DNA from: Candidatus Vesicomyidisocius sp. Agig_15_S12
Lineage (GTDB): Bacteria > Pseudomonadota > Gammaproteobacteria > PS1 > Pseudothioglobaceae
Length of the DNA: 64,000 bases
NCBI GenBank assembly: GCA_021730225.1
Contig: CP072532.1
Coordinates: 19,230-83,229 of the forward strand
Direction: 5' to 3'
A model generated the notes under the pieces. It had not been told where the DNA came from. It searched no databases and was given only the letters and a program-made list of their open reading frames with translations. The position numbers and the translations under genes are program-made. Below, in pieces: positions 29,865 through 40,358 of the stretch; within the stretch, counting starts at the first letter, position 1, and the number at the start of each line of letters is the position of its first letter.

Positions 29865-30273
29865 TGAGCCATGTTTGTAATATTAATTGTGATGATTGTT
29901 TGTCAACATTACCACGTTGTGCATTGTGATGATGATGATTGTATTTTAGAAGTTTTTTTGCTTCATTTGAGGATAAATATTCATCAATAAACTCAACTTC
30001 AATTTGGTAACGATTTTTTAATTTTTTTCCGAATGATTTGGCAATAAAAGTCATTATTTGTTCTTTTCCTTGTTGGTCAAATGGCAATCCTACAACAAAT
30101 AGCTTAATATTATGACTATTAATAACTTCATCAAGTGCAATCCAATTAGTTGAGTTGTCTTTATGATGTTTAATCACCGCAATACCTGTTGCTTGCATGG
30201 TTAAACTATTGGCTATTGCAACGCCAGTTCTCTTAGTTCCAATATCAAATCCTAAATAAGTATTAATATTCAC
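29845..30273 (-). CDS. ruvX: Holliday junction resolvase-like protein RuvX/YqgF (pre-16S rRNA nuclease)
   Basis: LGFDIGTKRTGVA, FVVGLP, DEYLSS.EA, VDKQSSQLILQTWL. Confidence 0.93.
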   Translation of the reverse strand: MNINTYLGFDIGTKRTGVAIANSLTMQATGIAVIKHHKDNSTNWIALDEVINSHNIKLFVVGLPFDQQGKEQIMTFIAKSFGKKLKNRYQIEVEFIDEYLSSNEAKKLLKYNHHHHNAQRGNVDKQSSQLILQTWLNEKRID

Positions 30274-31472
30274 AGTAGTTGTTGTAATAATTGATAGCCA
30301 ATATAGCCGTCAATCGGTAAGTTATTTGCTTTTTGGTATGCTCTTGTTGCGCAACGAGTTTTTTGTCCTGGTATACCATCAAGCGTACCTGTATTAAAGC
30401 CCAATTTATTTAGTGTATTTTGAATGTATCTAATATTGTCATTATTAAGCGAAGGTTCGGTAATGGATTTTGTAAATAATTGATTTAAGCCTATTAAACG
30501 ATCAGATAAAAGTCCTACAGATAGTGCATATAAAATTGAGTGATTCCACCTGAGAATAGCATGAAAATTTCGATAAATTAAAAATGCTGGGCCGTTATAT
30601 CCCATTGGTAATATGAGAGAGGATTGCATTCTTGAGTTGGGAAGATTAGTGCCATTTATCATACGTATACCTAAGATTTGCCATTTATTTACTGTTTTTT
30701 TAGTATTCAAATTAGCTAGTTGGTAGTTAAAATCTTTAGGAATATTAACTTCACGCCCCCAACGTTCTCCTTGATGCCAACCAATATTTTTTAGAAAATA
30801 TGCTGCACTGGCAAAGATATCTTCTTCTGTGTGCCATAAGTCAATTTTTCCATCAAGATTAGCATCTATACCGTAAGTAGCTACATTAGTTGGTATAAAT
30901 TGTATACTTCCCATGGCACTTGCCCAAGACCCTTGGGCTTTCAAAGGAATTTTTCCTTCATCGATTAGTTTAAGTAAAGTTAATAATTCATGTGTAAAAA
31001 ATTTGCGTCGGCGTTTATCAAAACTTAGTGTTGCAAGTGAGCGAATTATATTAATTTTTCCAACATTTTTACCATAATTGCTTTCTAAACCCCAAAGAGC
31101 TACAATAATATGAGGCGGTACGCCGTATTTTTTATAATTTTCTTGTAAGGATTCCTGGTACTGTTTAAGTTTTATTAAACCTTTATTAAGCCTACTTTGA
31201 TTCACTCTTGAGTTTAAATAATGCCAAAAATTAAGATTAAATTCTGCTTGGTTGTGGTCATATTCTAAGATTTTAGGATTTAGTGTTAAATCATTAAAAG
31301 CGTTGTTAATTGTAATTTGTGAAATTCCTAATTGAATTGCTTTGCGGCGAACATCATTCAAGAATTGTGTAAAACTATGCGTATTAGACGTGTCTTGGGT
31401 ATTAGACGTATCTTGGGTATTATTTGTATACGCAGGTAATGTTAACAACAAACTAAAAATAAATTTTAACAT
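30270..31472 (-). CDS. Lytic murein transglycosylase (MltB/Slt35 family) with C-terminal peptidoglycan-binding domain
   Basis: IVALWGLESNYG, SLATLSFD.RR, GSWASAMGSIQFIP, DGKIDLW, DGIPGQKTRCATRAYQ. Confidence 0.92.
   Translation of the reverse strand: MLKFIFSLLLTLPAYTNNTQDTSNTQDTSNTHSFTQFLNDVRRKAIQLGISQITINNAFNDLTLNPKILEYDHNQAEFNLNFWHYLNSRVNQSRLNKGLIKLKQYQESLQENYKKYGVPPHIIVALWGLESNYGKNVGKINIIRSLATLSFDKRRRKFFTHELLTLLKLIDEGKIPLKAQGSWASAMGSIQFIPTNVATYGIDANLDGKIDLWHTEEDIFASAAYFLKNIGWHQGERWGREVNIPKDFNYQLANLNTKKTVNKWQILGIRMINGTNLPNSRMQSSLILPMGYNGPAFLIYRNFHAILRWNHSILYALSVGLLSDRLIGLNQLFTKSITEPSLNNDNIRYIQNTLNKLGFNTGTLDGIPGQKTRCATRAYQKANNLPIDGYIGYQLLQQLL
31381..31422. repeat. 18-bp tandem repeat (about 2.3 copies) encoding NTQDTS-NTQDTS-NT
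   Basis: gtattagacgtgtcttgg / gtattagacgtatcttgg / gtatta. Confidence 0.9.
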
Positions 31473-31484
31473 GTCAAAATTATA

Positions 31485-32408
31485 ATGTCTAAGGTGTTTA
31501 TTGTTCTTATCTTTTTATTTTTAAGTTCTTGTATTAGTAAAACACCACAAACTATTATTGGTACAACTATGGGTACTGATTATAGTATCAAGGTTTTTAA
31601 TATCCAAGTTTCAAAGTTAATTATTGATCAACGTCTTAATGAAATTGAGAAAATATTTTCTACTTGGGATGAGACTTCCGAGCTTTCAAAATTAAACAGA
31701 GCGCCAATTAATCAATGGATAAAGGTATCAGATGAGTTGTTTTTTGTTTTACTCCAAGCAAAAGAAATATATAAGCAAACGCAAGGTTTTTTTGATCCTG
31801 GTATAGGTCGTTTAATTGATGTTTGGGGTTTTGGTGTTGTTAAGACACAGGTAAAACCTAATCAGGAAGAGATATCTAAAGCATTAGCAATATCATCGAT
31901 TGAGTATGTACATTTAGGCGATCTACGAGTTAAAAAGCTTAAAGATATTTATATTAATTTATCTGCTATTGTTAAAGGTTATAGTGTAGATATTGTGGCA
32001 AATATGCTAATTCAGCAAGGACTTAAAAATTTTATAGTGGAAATTGGTGGTGAGGTGATGGCCCAAGGTCAATGGACAATTGGTATTGAAAAGCCGAATC
32101 ATAGCCTGCCAATTGCCATTGAATTACAAAATTTAGCTATTGCCACTTCAGGAGATTATCGTAATTATCTTGTTTGGCAAGAAAAAAAATATCAACATAT
32201 TTTAAATCCCAGTACAGGATTACCTGCTAATACTGATCTAAGTTCTGTTAGCGTGATTCATGATAGCGCGATGATCGCAGATGCTTATGCAACTGCTATG
32301 ATGGCAATGGGTAGTCAAAAAGCTAAAATATTAGCAGAAGAACTTAACTTGTCAGTAGTGTTTATTTTGAATCAGTATTATGATTTTGAAGTACTACAAA
32401 TTCATTAA
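31485..32408 (+). CDS. apbE: FAD:protein FMN transferase, lipoprotein
   Basis: Lipobox LSSC, GTTMGT, SELSKLN, DVWGFG, NLSAIVKGY.VD, VEIGGE, ATSGDYRNY, ADAYATA. Confidence 0.95.
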   Translation: MSKVFIVLIFLFLSSCISKTPQTIIGTTMGTDYSIKVFNIQVSKLIIDQRLNEIEKIFSTWDETSELSKLNRAPINQWIKVSDELFFVLLQAKEIYKQTQGFFDPGIGRLIDVWGFGVVKTQVKPNQEEISKALAISSIEYVHLGDLRVKKLKDIYINLSAIVKGYSVDIVANMLIQQGLKNFIVEIGGEVMAQGQWTIGIEKPNHSLPIAIELQNLAIATSGDYRNYLVWQEKKYQHILNPSTGLPANTDLSSVSVIHDSAMIADAYATAMMAMGSQKAKILAEELNLSVVFILNQYYDFEVLQIH

Positions 32409-32495
32409 AATATAACCTTTATTATGGTGGTGTATTTACACTAAAACTTGTCAGTATTTTTTGTGATTGATTAAAATAAAAATATATTTGGTCAT

Positions 32496-33005
32496 ATGCT
32501 ATTTGTAGAAACGTTAAGGTTTAGAACTTTAGATGATTTTAGTTAGTTATATTTGTTGAATATTAGTATTCATGTTGTTAGGATATTTATAACACTCGAT
32601 TAAATTGTATGATTTTATGGAATCTATTAGACATTGGTCGAATTATTCTAATCAAAAATTTTTTAATGGAAATTTTACTTGGTTAAGCTTTGGATTAGAT
32701 AAGGTAAAAGATTTACAGATAATAGTTAATAACGCTAGAAAATTGGTAAGTAAATAGTTACCATCTATCATAATAAGATTGTATTATCAATATATTTATG
32801 TAGTACATTATGTAGATTCTATCAAAGTATAATGCTATATATAAAATATTTAATTGATAGGTAAGTAAAAGTATTTTTATGCATGTGTACATCATGCATT
32901 TGATGTGCTTGTATGTGGATAAACATTTGATCTTCATGCGTTGGAAGAACAAGTTGATTGTCTAAAAATTTTAAGTGAAAGATTAAAATTATTGAAAAGA
33001 TGAAA
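32496..33005 (+). pseudogene. rarA: Degraded replication-associated recombination protein A (RarA/MgsA), heavily deleted
   Basis: Fragments VETLRFRTLDDFS*LYLL (vs AERMRPRTLDEYIGQQHLL), RLNCMILWNLLDIGRIIL (vs LHSMILWGPPGTGKTTL, Walker A destroyed) and WLSFGLDKVKDLQIIVNNARK (vs LSAVTSGVKDIREAIERAR). Lies directly upstream of crcB, as in the canonical rarA-crcB order. Confidence 0.72.
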
Positions 33006-33022
33006 CATCTAAGAGATTTGTG

Positions 33023-33418
33023 ATGAGTGGTTTATTCACAATTTTTGTGATTGGTGTAGGTGCAACTGTTGGCGCTAGTATGCGTTATTATTTAACCCAA
33101 TTAATGAACGCTATACTTATATCTGATTTTCCTTATAGCACTTTGGCTGTTAATGTTTTAGGTTCGTTTTTGGCGGGTATATTGGTAGTTATTATATTAG
33201 AAAGAGCTACTTTACATGAGGCTTATCGTTTGATGTTGTTAATTGGTTTAACTGGGTCGCTAACAACTATGTCAACTTTATCTTGGGAATCTATTGAAAT
33301 GATTAGTTTTGGGCATTATGGTCAAGCAGTGTTTAATATCCTACTTAATATTGTTTTATCTCTTTCTGCTACTGGTATAGGAGTAGTATTGGGTCGATAT
33401 TTTTTGATTTCTCAGTAA
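33023..33418 (+). CDS. crcB: Fluoride efflux channel CrcB/FluC
   Basis: GATVGASMRY, FPYSTLAVNVLGSFLAG, GLTGSLTTMSTLSWE. Confidence 0.92.
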   Translation: MSGLFTIFVIGVGATVGASMRYYLTQLMNAILISDFPYSTLAVNVLGSFLAGILVVIILERATLHEAYRLMLLIGLTGSLTTMSTLSWESIEMISFGHYGQAVFNILLNIVLSLSATGIGVVLGRYFLISQ

Positions 33419-34374
33419 GGACTAATGTTAATCTTTTGTTCGATAACATCAAATAATTTACCTGCAATATTAAGATTAAACTGTTTGTCTAATTCACGAA
33501 TACAGGTTGGACTGGTGACGTTAATTTCAGTAATATAATCGCCAATTACGTCTAGTCCAACAAATACTAACCCTTTAGCTTTAAGAGTAGGAGAGATTTG
33601 TTTGCATAAATAATAATCATGTTTACTTAATGGTTGTCCAATGCCAATTGCACCTGCTGCTAAGTTGCCTTTAAAGTTACCTTTTGCGGGAATACGAGCA
33701 AGTGCATAATCAACCGGTTTACCATTAATCAATAAAATGCGTTTGTCACCTTTAGCAATATCAGACAAAAATTCTTGTACCATAATTGGTTTTTTACCAT
33801 TGTTTGTTAGGCGTTTTAGTACTACATCTATTTTTATATCGTCTATTTTAAATTTAAAAATATCATGCCCTCCCATGCCGTCAAGTGGTTTAATAATAGC
33901 GGTATTTTGTATTTTGATAAAGTTTTTGATTTGCATTTGATTGCTGCTAATTAATGTTTTTGGTATACAATGCGGGAAATTTAGGGCAAATAGTTTTTCA
34001 TTAGCATCTCGTAAAGATTGTGGTTTATTGATGATTAATGTATTTTTGTTTTCAGATTGTTCTAATAAATAAGTTGCATAAATATAGTTCATATCAAATG
34101 GAGGGTTTTTACGCATTAGGATAACATTAAATTCATTAAGTACCATTATTGTATTTTTTTCTTTTTCAAACCAATGATTAAGATTATCATTAACTGTAGT
34201 TTTTGCACAATTAGCAAATACTGATCCATCTTGAGCAAATAGATCATAAGTATTAAAAGTGTAAATCTCCCAGCCTCTCCTTGATGCTTCTAGCATCATG
34301 GCTAAGGAAGAATCTTTTTTTGGATTAATATTGTTGATATTATCCATTAATATAGCAATTTTTATTTTTTTCAT
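33412..34374 (-). CDS. gshB: Glutathione synthetase
   Basis: KKDSSLAMMLEA, MRKNPPFD, LRDANEKL, KPLDGMGG, GDKRILLING, EINVTSPT. True start is the ATG at 34374 (the ORF-track extension runs into the tRNA). Confidence 0.97.
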   Translation of the reverse strand: MKKIKIAILMDNINNINPKKDSSLAMMLEASRRGWEIYTFNTYDLFAQDGSVFANCAKTTVNDNLNHWFEKEKNTIMVLNEFNVILMRKNPPFDMNYIYATYLLEQSENKNTLIINKPQSLRDANEKLFALNFPHCIPKTLISSNQMQIKNFIKIQNTAIIKPLDGMGGHDIFKFKIDDIKIDVVLKRLTNNGKKPIMVQEFLSDIAKGDKRILLINGKPVDYALARIPAKGNFKGNLAAGAIGIGQPLSKHDYYLCKQISPTLKAKGLVFVGLDVIGDYITEINVTSPTCIRELDKQFNLNIAGKLFDVIEQKINISPY

Positions 34375-34412
34375 AATTCTTAGTATTATAGTGTATAATT
34401 CACACCCTTTAG

Positions 34413-34489
<77 letters not shown>

Positions 34490-34496
34490 GTTAAGT

Positions 34497-34558
34497 ACTT
34501 TTTTATTAACCAAGTTAATAAAAAAGTTGATTAAGACCCCCATTTATAGGGGTTTTTT
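34497..34558 (+). terminator. Two tandem hairpins / intrinsic terminator between tRNA-fMet and rimP
   Basis: 14-bp stem acttttttattaac/gttaataaaaaagt (34497-34527), then aagacccc/ggggtttt followed by a T-run (34533-34558). Confidence 0.7.
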
Positions 34559-34592
34559 ATTATGCATAGAAAGATAAAATATACAGAAATAT

Positions 34593-35054
34593 ATGGTAAG
34601 AGTAACTGACAAAATTACCTATTTAATTAAGCCTATTATTGAAGGTATGGGTTATGAATTGTTGGGTATTGAATATGTTACTAGTGGTAAGCATAGTATT
34701 TTGAGAATTTTTATTGATACAAATAAAAGTATTAGTGTTAATGATTGTGAAATAGTCTCTCATCAATTGAGTAGTATTTTTGATATAGAAGAGCCGATTA
34801 GTGGCCAATACAATTTGGAGGTTTCATCTCCTGGTATTGAGCGTCCCTTATTTCATAAGGGGCATTATCAACGTTTTTTAGGTTTTAATGTTAAGTTACA
34901 TATGTTTAGGCCGATTAGCGGTCAAAGTAATTTTTTTGGTGTTATTGGTAGTGTTAATGAGATTAACAATACGATTGAGTTGGTTGGTGAATTAGGAGCA
35001 ATTATTTTGGATATTAATTTGATTAAAAAAGCAAATTTAGTGGTTGATTTTTAA
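34593..35054 (+). CDS. rimP: Ribosome maturation factor RimP
   Basis: GYELLGIEY, LRIFID, DCEIVSHQLS, YNLEVSSPGIERPL. Confidence 0.96.
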   Translation: MVRVTDKITYLIKPIIEGMGYELLGIEYVTSGKHSILRIFIDTNKSISVNDCEIVSHQLSSIFDIEEPISGQYNLEVSSPGIERPLFHKGHYQRFLGFNVKLHMFRPISGQSNFFGVIGSVNEINNTIELVGELGAIILDINLIKKANLVVDF

Positions 35055-35094
35055 GCTCAATTAGGTAACTTGGGTAATGTAGGAGAGTAAAGAA

Positions 35095-36570
35095 ATGGAC
35101 GGTAAAGAATTATTTTTAATGGTTGAGGCGATTTCAAACGAGAAAAACATCTCTAAAGAAGAGGTGCTTGAGTCGTTAGAAAAAGCATTAGCTATTGCTA
35201 CAAAAAAACGAAATAATATTGATGCATATGTTGAAATTAATAGACAAACAGGAGAGTTTTTAACTTTTAGACAGTGGATGGTTGTGGCAGATGGCGAGTT
35301 GTTTGTTGATGATGATGGTACTGAGTTTGATTTAGAATTACACATTTATGAAAAAGATACGGATGGTTTAGTGATTAATGATTATATGCGTAAGCCAATT
35401 GAAACACAAGAGTTTGGCCGTATTGCGGCACAAATTGTTAAGCAAGTAATTATTCAAAAGGTTCGTGAAGCAGAAAGAGAAGTAATTGTTAATGATTACT
35501 CCTCACGAATTGGTGAGGTTATTATGGTTACGGTTAAACGTGTTGATAGAGGCAATGTTTATGTTGATATGGGCGGTGTTGATGGCATGATTCCTAAATT
35601 TGATTTGATTCCTAATGAGTCAGTACGTAAAAATGACCGTTTAAGAGCTTATATTAAAGAGGTAAAGTCTTCTATTCGTGGTGTTCAAATTTTTCTATCA
35701 CGTAGTGTGTCTGAAATGATGATTGAGCTATTCAAAATGGAAGTGCCGGAAATTTCTGCAGGTGTGATTGAAATTATGGGTGGTAGTAGAGATCCAGGTT
35801 TGCGTTCAAAACTAGCAGTTAGAGCTAAAGATAAGCGTATAGATCCAATTGGTTCTTGTATTGGTATGCGGGGTGCGCGTGTTCAAGCAGTATCGAATGA
35901 ATTAAATGCTGAGCGTGTTGATATTATTCTTTGGGATGAAGATCCTGCACAATTTGTTATTAATGCAATGGCACCTGCTGAGGTGAGTTCAATTATTGTT
36001 GATGAAAATAAACACTCAATGGATATTGCAGTTGCAGATGAGCAGTTAGCATTAGCTATTGGTCGTGGTGGCCAAAATATTAAGCTTGCTTCTCGTTTGA
36101 CTGGTTGGAAATTAAATGTGATGTCAACAATTCAAGCTGATGAAGAGCAAGTCCAAGAGTTGCAAAAAATTAGCGATAAGCTTGCTGATCAATTAGGTGT
36201 TGATTCTGAAGTGGCGGGTGTATTAATTGAAGAAGGGTTTGACAGTGTGGATGAGTTAGTTGATGCAGATGCGCAAGTTTTAGGAAATATAGAAGAATTT
36301 GATGCATCCATGGTTGAAGAATTGCAAGAGCGCGCATCAGATGCACAATTAGTACAAGCTTTGGGAGATGCAGAAGCTTCTGAAATACTTATGAGTGTTG
36401 AAGGTGTTAATGAGGATTTGGCAAGTGTATTAATTGAAGTAGACATTTTTACTGTTGATAATTTAGCGGAGTTGTCTATTGATGAATTACTGGATATTCA
36501 AGATATGGATATTGAAATAGCATCAAGTATTATCATGACTGCAAGAGAAAATGAAGGATGGTTTGATTAA
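35095..36570 (+). CDS. nusA: Transcription termination/antitermination factor NusA
   Basis: FGRIAAQIVKQVIIQKVREAER, RDPGLRSKLAV, DPIGSCIGMRGARVQAVSNEL, LAIGRGGQNIKLASRLTGW, C-terminal AR domains. Confidence 0.98.
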   Translation: MDGKELFLMVEAISNEKNISKEEVLESLEKALAIATKKRNNIDAYVEINRQTGEFLTFRQWMVVADGELFVDDDGTEFDLELHIYEKDTDGLVINDYMRKPIETQEFGRIAAQIVKQVIIQKVREAEREVIVNDYSSRIGEVIMVTVKRVDRGNVYVDMGGVDGMIPKFDLIPNESVRKNDRLRAYIKEVKSSIRGVQIFLSRSVSEMMIELFKMEVPEISAGVIEIMGGSRDPGLRSKLAVRAKDKRIDPIGSCIGMRGARVQAVSNELNAERVDIILWDEDPAQFVINAMAPAEVSSIIVDENKHSMDIAVADEQLALAIGRGGQNIKLASRLTGWKLNVMSTIQADEEQVQELQKISDKLADQLGVDSEVAGVLIEEGFDSVDELVDADAQVLGNIEEFDASMVEELQERASDAQLVQALGDAEASEILMSVEGVNEDLASVLIEVDIFTVDNLAELSIDELLDIQDMDIEIASSIIMTARENEGWFD

Positions 36571-36623
36571 TTAAGCATGAGAATTTATTTTAAGTTAATA
36601 ATTATAAAAAATAGGCAAGTATT

Positions 36624-39071
36624 ATGGCACACACGGTTCAAACACTCTCTAAACTACTGAAAAAAACGCCTGATGAGGTGGTTACAATTCTAGCGAATGC
36701 TGGTGTTGATGGTAAAAATTCAGATTCTGTTATTTCAACAGAAGAAAGAAAAATATTAATGAATAGTCTTTCAAAGCGTCCAATTAGAAGATCTAGCATG
36801 TCTGTTTTTCGTAAAGCAGGTACTAAGCCCAATACCGTTTCAGCGAGTGACGTTAAAGTGAAAGTTAGGTCAAAACGCTTGACACAGCCAATTACAATGA
36901 TTGATGAACAGTCTAAAGTTGCTGCTAATGAAATGGCTAGAGCAGCTCTAGCTGCCTTAGATGCTGGTCGTAATGCAGATGAAATATTATTGGCCCAAGA
37001 TGCTAGGCGTTTGGAAATAGTGCGTTTGCAAAAAGCCCAAGTAGAGGTGCTAGAGATCCAGAAAGAAACGGTTAAAAAAGTGCAAGAGAAAGAAGCTGAA
37101 AAGAAAGTTGAAAAACTAAAAACGGAAGACAAGCCTAAAGAAGGTAATAAACCTAAACGCTTACGTAATACTTCTAGTGATAATAATACTCGTAAGCAAC
37201 TTCATGTCGCTAGACATAATCCCAATCGAAAATTAAAGAAAAAAGATAGAACACATTTGTCACAAAAAATACAAGCAGAACAAGCGCAACATGCCTTCCA
37301 AAAACCTATTGAAAAAGTAATTCATGAAGTTGCTATTGTTGGGAATATTAAGGTAACTGAACTTGCACAAAAGATGACTACTAAAGCTGGTGAAGTACTT
37401 AAAGTGTTAATGGGTATGGGTGTTATGGTGACATTGAATGATGTGATTGACCAAGATACTGCTATGTTAGTTGTAGAAGAAATGGGCCATAAAGGTATTA
37501 TTAGTGTTGAAGAAACTATTGAAGATGTATTAATTGAACAGTTAAAATCTAATGAGAATGAAAGTGCTAGACCACCTATTGTAACTATTATGGGTCATGT
37601 TGATCATGGTAAGACTTCACTTCTCGATTATATTCGTCAAGCTAAAATAGCACATAGTGAAGTTGGCGGTATTACACAACATATTGGCGCTTATCAAGTT
37701 CAGTCAAATGGTAAGATTATTACTTTTATTGACACGCCAGGACATGCAGCGTTTTCAAAAATGCGTTCTCGGGGTGCTAATGTGACCGATATTGTTATTT
37801 TAGTAGTGGCTGCTGATGATGGCGTGATGCCACAGACGATTGAGTCTATCAAACATACACAAATTGTTGGCGCACCAATGATTGTTGCAATTAATAAGAT
37901 AGATAAAGAAGGGGTAGATGTTGATAAAATTAAGCAAGTCCTTTCAACGTATGACGTGATCTCTGAAGATTGGGGTGGTGATGTAATAATGGTTCCTGTA
38001 TCAGCTCATACTGGCGAAGGTGTGGATGCTTTATTAGATGCTATTTCACTTACTGCTGAGATTTTAGAATTCTCAGCAGTAAGTGAAGGTCCAGCGCATG
38101 GTACTGTACTAGAAGCACGTCTTGAGAAAGGTCGTGGTAAGGTGACCACTATTTTAGTACAATCAGGTACATTGAATAAAGGAGATATTATGATTGCTGG
38201 ATTCGAATATGGCAAAGTTAAGCAAATTGTGGATGATAAAGGTAAAATACTTAAATTAGCTATGCCGTCAATGCCTGTAGAGGTGTTAGGTTTGTCTGGT
38301 GTTCCCAACTCTGGAGATGAAGTAGTAGTTGTAGGTAGTGAGAAGAAGGCTCGTGAGGTGGCTGATTTTAGAAAATCTAAAGATCGTGAAGTGCAGTTAC
38401 AGAAACAGCAAGCATCGAAAATGGAAAATTTTCTAATGAAAATGGAAAAAGGCGATATTTCAACTGTTAATGTATTGCTTAAAGCGGATGTTAGAGGTTC
38501 AGCTCAAGCATTAATTGAAGCCTTAGAAGAATTATCAACGGATGAGGTTAGAGTGAAAGTGGTGTCAAGTGGTGTTGGCGGTATTAACAATACCGATATT
38601 ACATTAGCAGCAACTTCTAGTGCTTTAGTACTTGGTTTTAATGTACGTGCTGATGCTGTTGCACGTAAAACAGCTGACAATGAAGGTGTTCGTATTGAAT
38701 ATTACTCAATTATCTATAATTTAATTAACGATGTTAAAGCTATTATGAGTGGTTTACTCAGCCCAGAATTGAGTGAAAATATTATTGGTATTGCTTCTGT
38801 TAAAAATATATTTAAATCTCAAAAAATGGGTGATATTGCTGGGTGTATGGTGGATGAGGGTATGGTTAAACGAGACAGTCTAATTCGAGTATTACGTGAT
38901 AGTGTAGTTATCTTTGATGGTAAACTGGAATCATTAAGACGTTTTAAAGACGATGTTAATGAAGTTAAATCAGGTACTGAATGTGGTATTGGTGTACTTA
39001 ATTACAAAGATGTACAGCCAGGTGATCAAATAGAAATCTTTGAACGTGTTGAAAGGGCACGCATACTTTAA
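36624..39071 (+). CDS. infB: Translation initiation factor IF-2
   Basis: [67 protein letters not shown]. Confidence 0.99.
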   Translation: MAHTVQTLSKLLKKTPDEVVTILANAGVDGKNSDSVISTEERKILMNSLSKRPIRRSSMSVFRKAGTKPNTVSASDVKVKVRSKRLTQPITMIDEQSKVAANEMARAALAALDAGRNADEILLAQDARRLEIVRLQKAQVEVLEIQKETVKKVQEKEAEKKVEKLKTEDKPKEGNKPKRLRNTSSDNNTRKQLHVARHNPNRKLKKKDRTHLSQKIQAEQAQHAFQKPIEKVIHEVAIVGNIKVTELAQKMTTKAGEVLKVLMGMGVMVTLNDVIDQDTAMLVVEEMGHKGIISVEETIEDVLIEQLKSNENESARPPIVTIMGHVDHGKTSLLDYIRQAKIAHSEVGGITQHIGAYQVQSNGKIITFIDTPGHAAFSKMRSRGANVTDIVILVVAADDGVMPQTIESIKHTQIVGAPMIVAINKIDKEGVDVDKIKQVLSTYDVISEDWGGDVIMVPVSAHTGEGVDALLDAISLTAEILEFSAVSEGPAHGTVLEARLEKGRGKVTTILVQSGTLNKGDIMIAGFEYGKVKQIVDDKGKILKLAMPSMPVEVLGLSGVPNSGDEVVVVGSEKKAREVADFRKSKDREVQLQKQQASKMENFLMKMEKGDISTVNVLLKADVRGSAQALIEALEELSTDEVRVKVVSSGVGGINNTDITLAATSSALVLGFNVRADAVARKTADNEGVRIEYYSIIYNLINDVKAIMSGLLSPELSENIIGIASVKNIFKSQKMGDIAGCMVDEGMVKRDSLIRVLRDSVVIFDGKLESLRRFKDDVNEVKSGTECGIGVLNYKDVQPGDQIEIFERVERARIL

Positions 39072-39084
39072 GTTTTTGATATAA

Positions 39085-39423
39085 ATGTTAGAACAAGCCT
39101 CTTATAGAGTTGAAAGAATTAACGAACTAATTCGTCGTGAGTTGACATTATTGTTAAGAACCTCTATTAAAGATCCAAGGTTACGTGACATGATAATTAC
39201 TGATGTACTGATAAGTCGTGATTTAAGTAGTGCTAAGGTTTTTTATACGGTTATTAAAGAAGATAAAAAAATGATTGAATCACTACTTGATAAAGCCAGT
39301 GGTTTTTTTCGTATACATTTATCTAAAACAATTGATCTTCGTCACACACCTGTACTTAGGTTTATCTTTGACTCTGCGCCTAATACAGGCGCAAGAATTG
39401 AACAACTACTATCTAAATTATAA
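39085..39423 (+). CDS. rbfA: Ribosome-binding factor A
   Basis: RVERINELIRREL, KDPRL, SRDLSSAKVFYT, LRHTPVLRFIFD. Confidence 0.95.
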   Translation: MLEQASYRVERINELIRRELTLLLRTSIKDPRLRDMIITDVLISRDLSSAKVFYTVIKEDKKMIESLLDKASGFFRIHLSKTIDLRHTPVLRFIFDSAPNTGARIEQLLSKL

Positions 39424-39446
39424 AAAGACTATTATATCAATAATAC

Positions 39447-40358
39447 ATGTTAAGGCGGCGTAATCCAAAAGGTAGAAGTATTAATGGTATTGTTTTATTA
39501 GATAAAGATATTGGGTTAAGTTCTAACGCGGCCTTACAAAAAGTAAAACGACTTTTTTTTGCTAAAAAGGCCGGACATACAGGCGCACTAGATTTTTCGG
39601 CTAGTGGTATTTTGCCAATTTGTTTAGGACAAGCTACGAAAATTGCACAGTTTTTACTAGAAGAGGATAAACGTTATTTTGTGCGTGGTAAATTGGGTCA
39701 AACAAGTGATACTGGTGATTGCGAAGGTAGCATTATCAAAACTCAACCTTTTGAACATTTAAGTGATAGTGAAATTACTAAGGTAACTGCAAGTTTTAAA
39801 GGTAATATTTTTCAGATTCCTCCTATGTACTCAGCACTTAAAAGAGATGGACAGCCATTGTATAAGCTTGCTAGACAAGGCATAGAAGTAGAAAGGGAGT
39901 CTCGTCTAGTCACTATTTATAAAATTGTCTATCTTGGGTATAAAAACGGCATACTTTCACTTGAAGTAACGTGTTCTAAAGGTACTTATATTCGTACTTT
40001 GATAGAAGATATTGGAAAAAAATTAGGTTGTGGAGCTCATGTTGTTGAACTTAGGCGTACAGGTTTTGCACATATTGACATTAGGCAAACCTCGACATTT
40101 TCTGAACTTGAAATTTTGGCATCTAATAATTATCAAGCACTGGATGAGAAAATACTTGCTAGTGAAGATATGTTATTAAATCTTGAAGATGTTTATTTGA
40201 GTAAGGTTCAAAGTGTGGATATAAAATTTGGTAGAGAAATTCAGACAGATAAGCAAGGATTGCTTAAAGTGAAGTTATTTAATGAGAAAAAACAATTTTT
40301 GGGTATTGGACAATGTCAAAGACATGGAATAATTTTACCAAAAAAATTATTTGTATGA
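39447..40358 (+). CDS. truB: tRNA pseudouridine(55) synthase
   Basis: GIVLLDK, KKAGHTGALD, QIPPMYSALKRDGQPLYKLARQG, CSKGTYIRTL, LRRT. Confidence 0.95.
   Translation: MLRRRNPKGRSINGIVLLDKDIGLSSNAALQKVKRLFFAKKAGHTGALDFSASGILPICLGQATKIAQFLLEEDKRYFVRGKLGQTSDTGDCEGSIIKTQPFEHLSDSEITKVTASFKGNIFQIPPMYSALKRDGQPLYKLARQGIEVERESRLVTIYKIVYLGYKNGILSLEVTCSKGTYIRTLIEDIGKKLGCGAHVVELRRTGFAHIDIRQTSTFSELEILASNNYQALDEKILASEDMLLNLEDVYLSKVQSVDIKFGREIQTDKQGLLKVKLFNEKKQFLGIGQCQRHGIILPKKLFV

Noticed and set aside
32914-32922. Perfect DnaA box (TGTGGATAA), possible oriC
   Set aside because: Single copy inside a pseudogene; no box cluster or DUE seen here or upstream of mnmG.
32758-32952. 64-aa minus-strand ORF
   Set aside because: Low-complexity Ile/Tyr-rich sequence antisense to the rarA remnant, with no coding signal.
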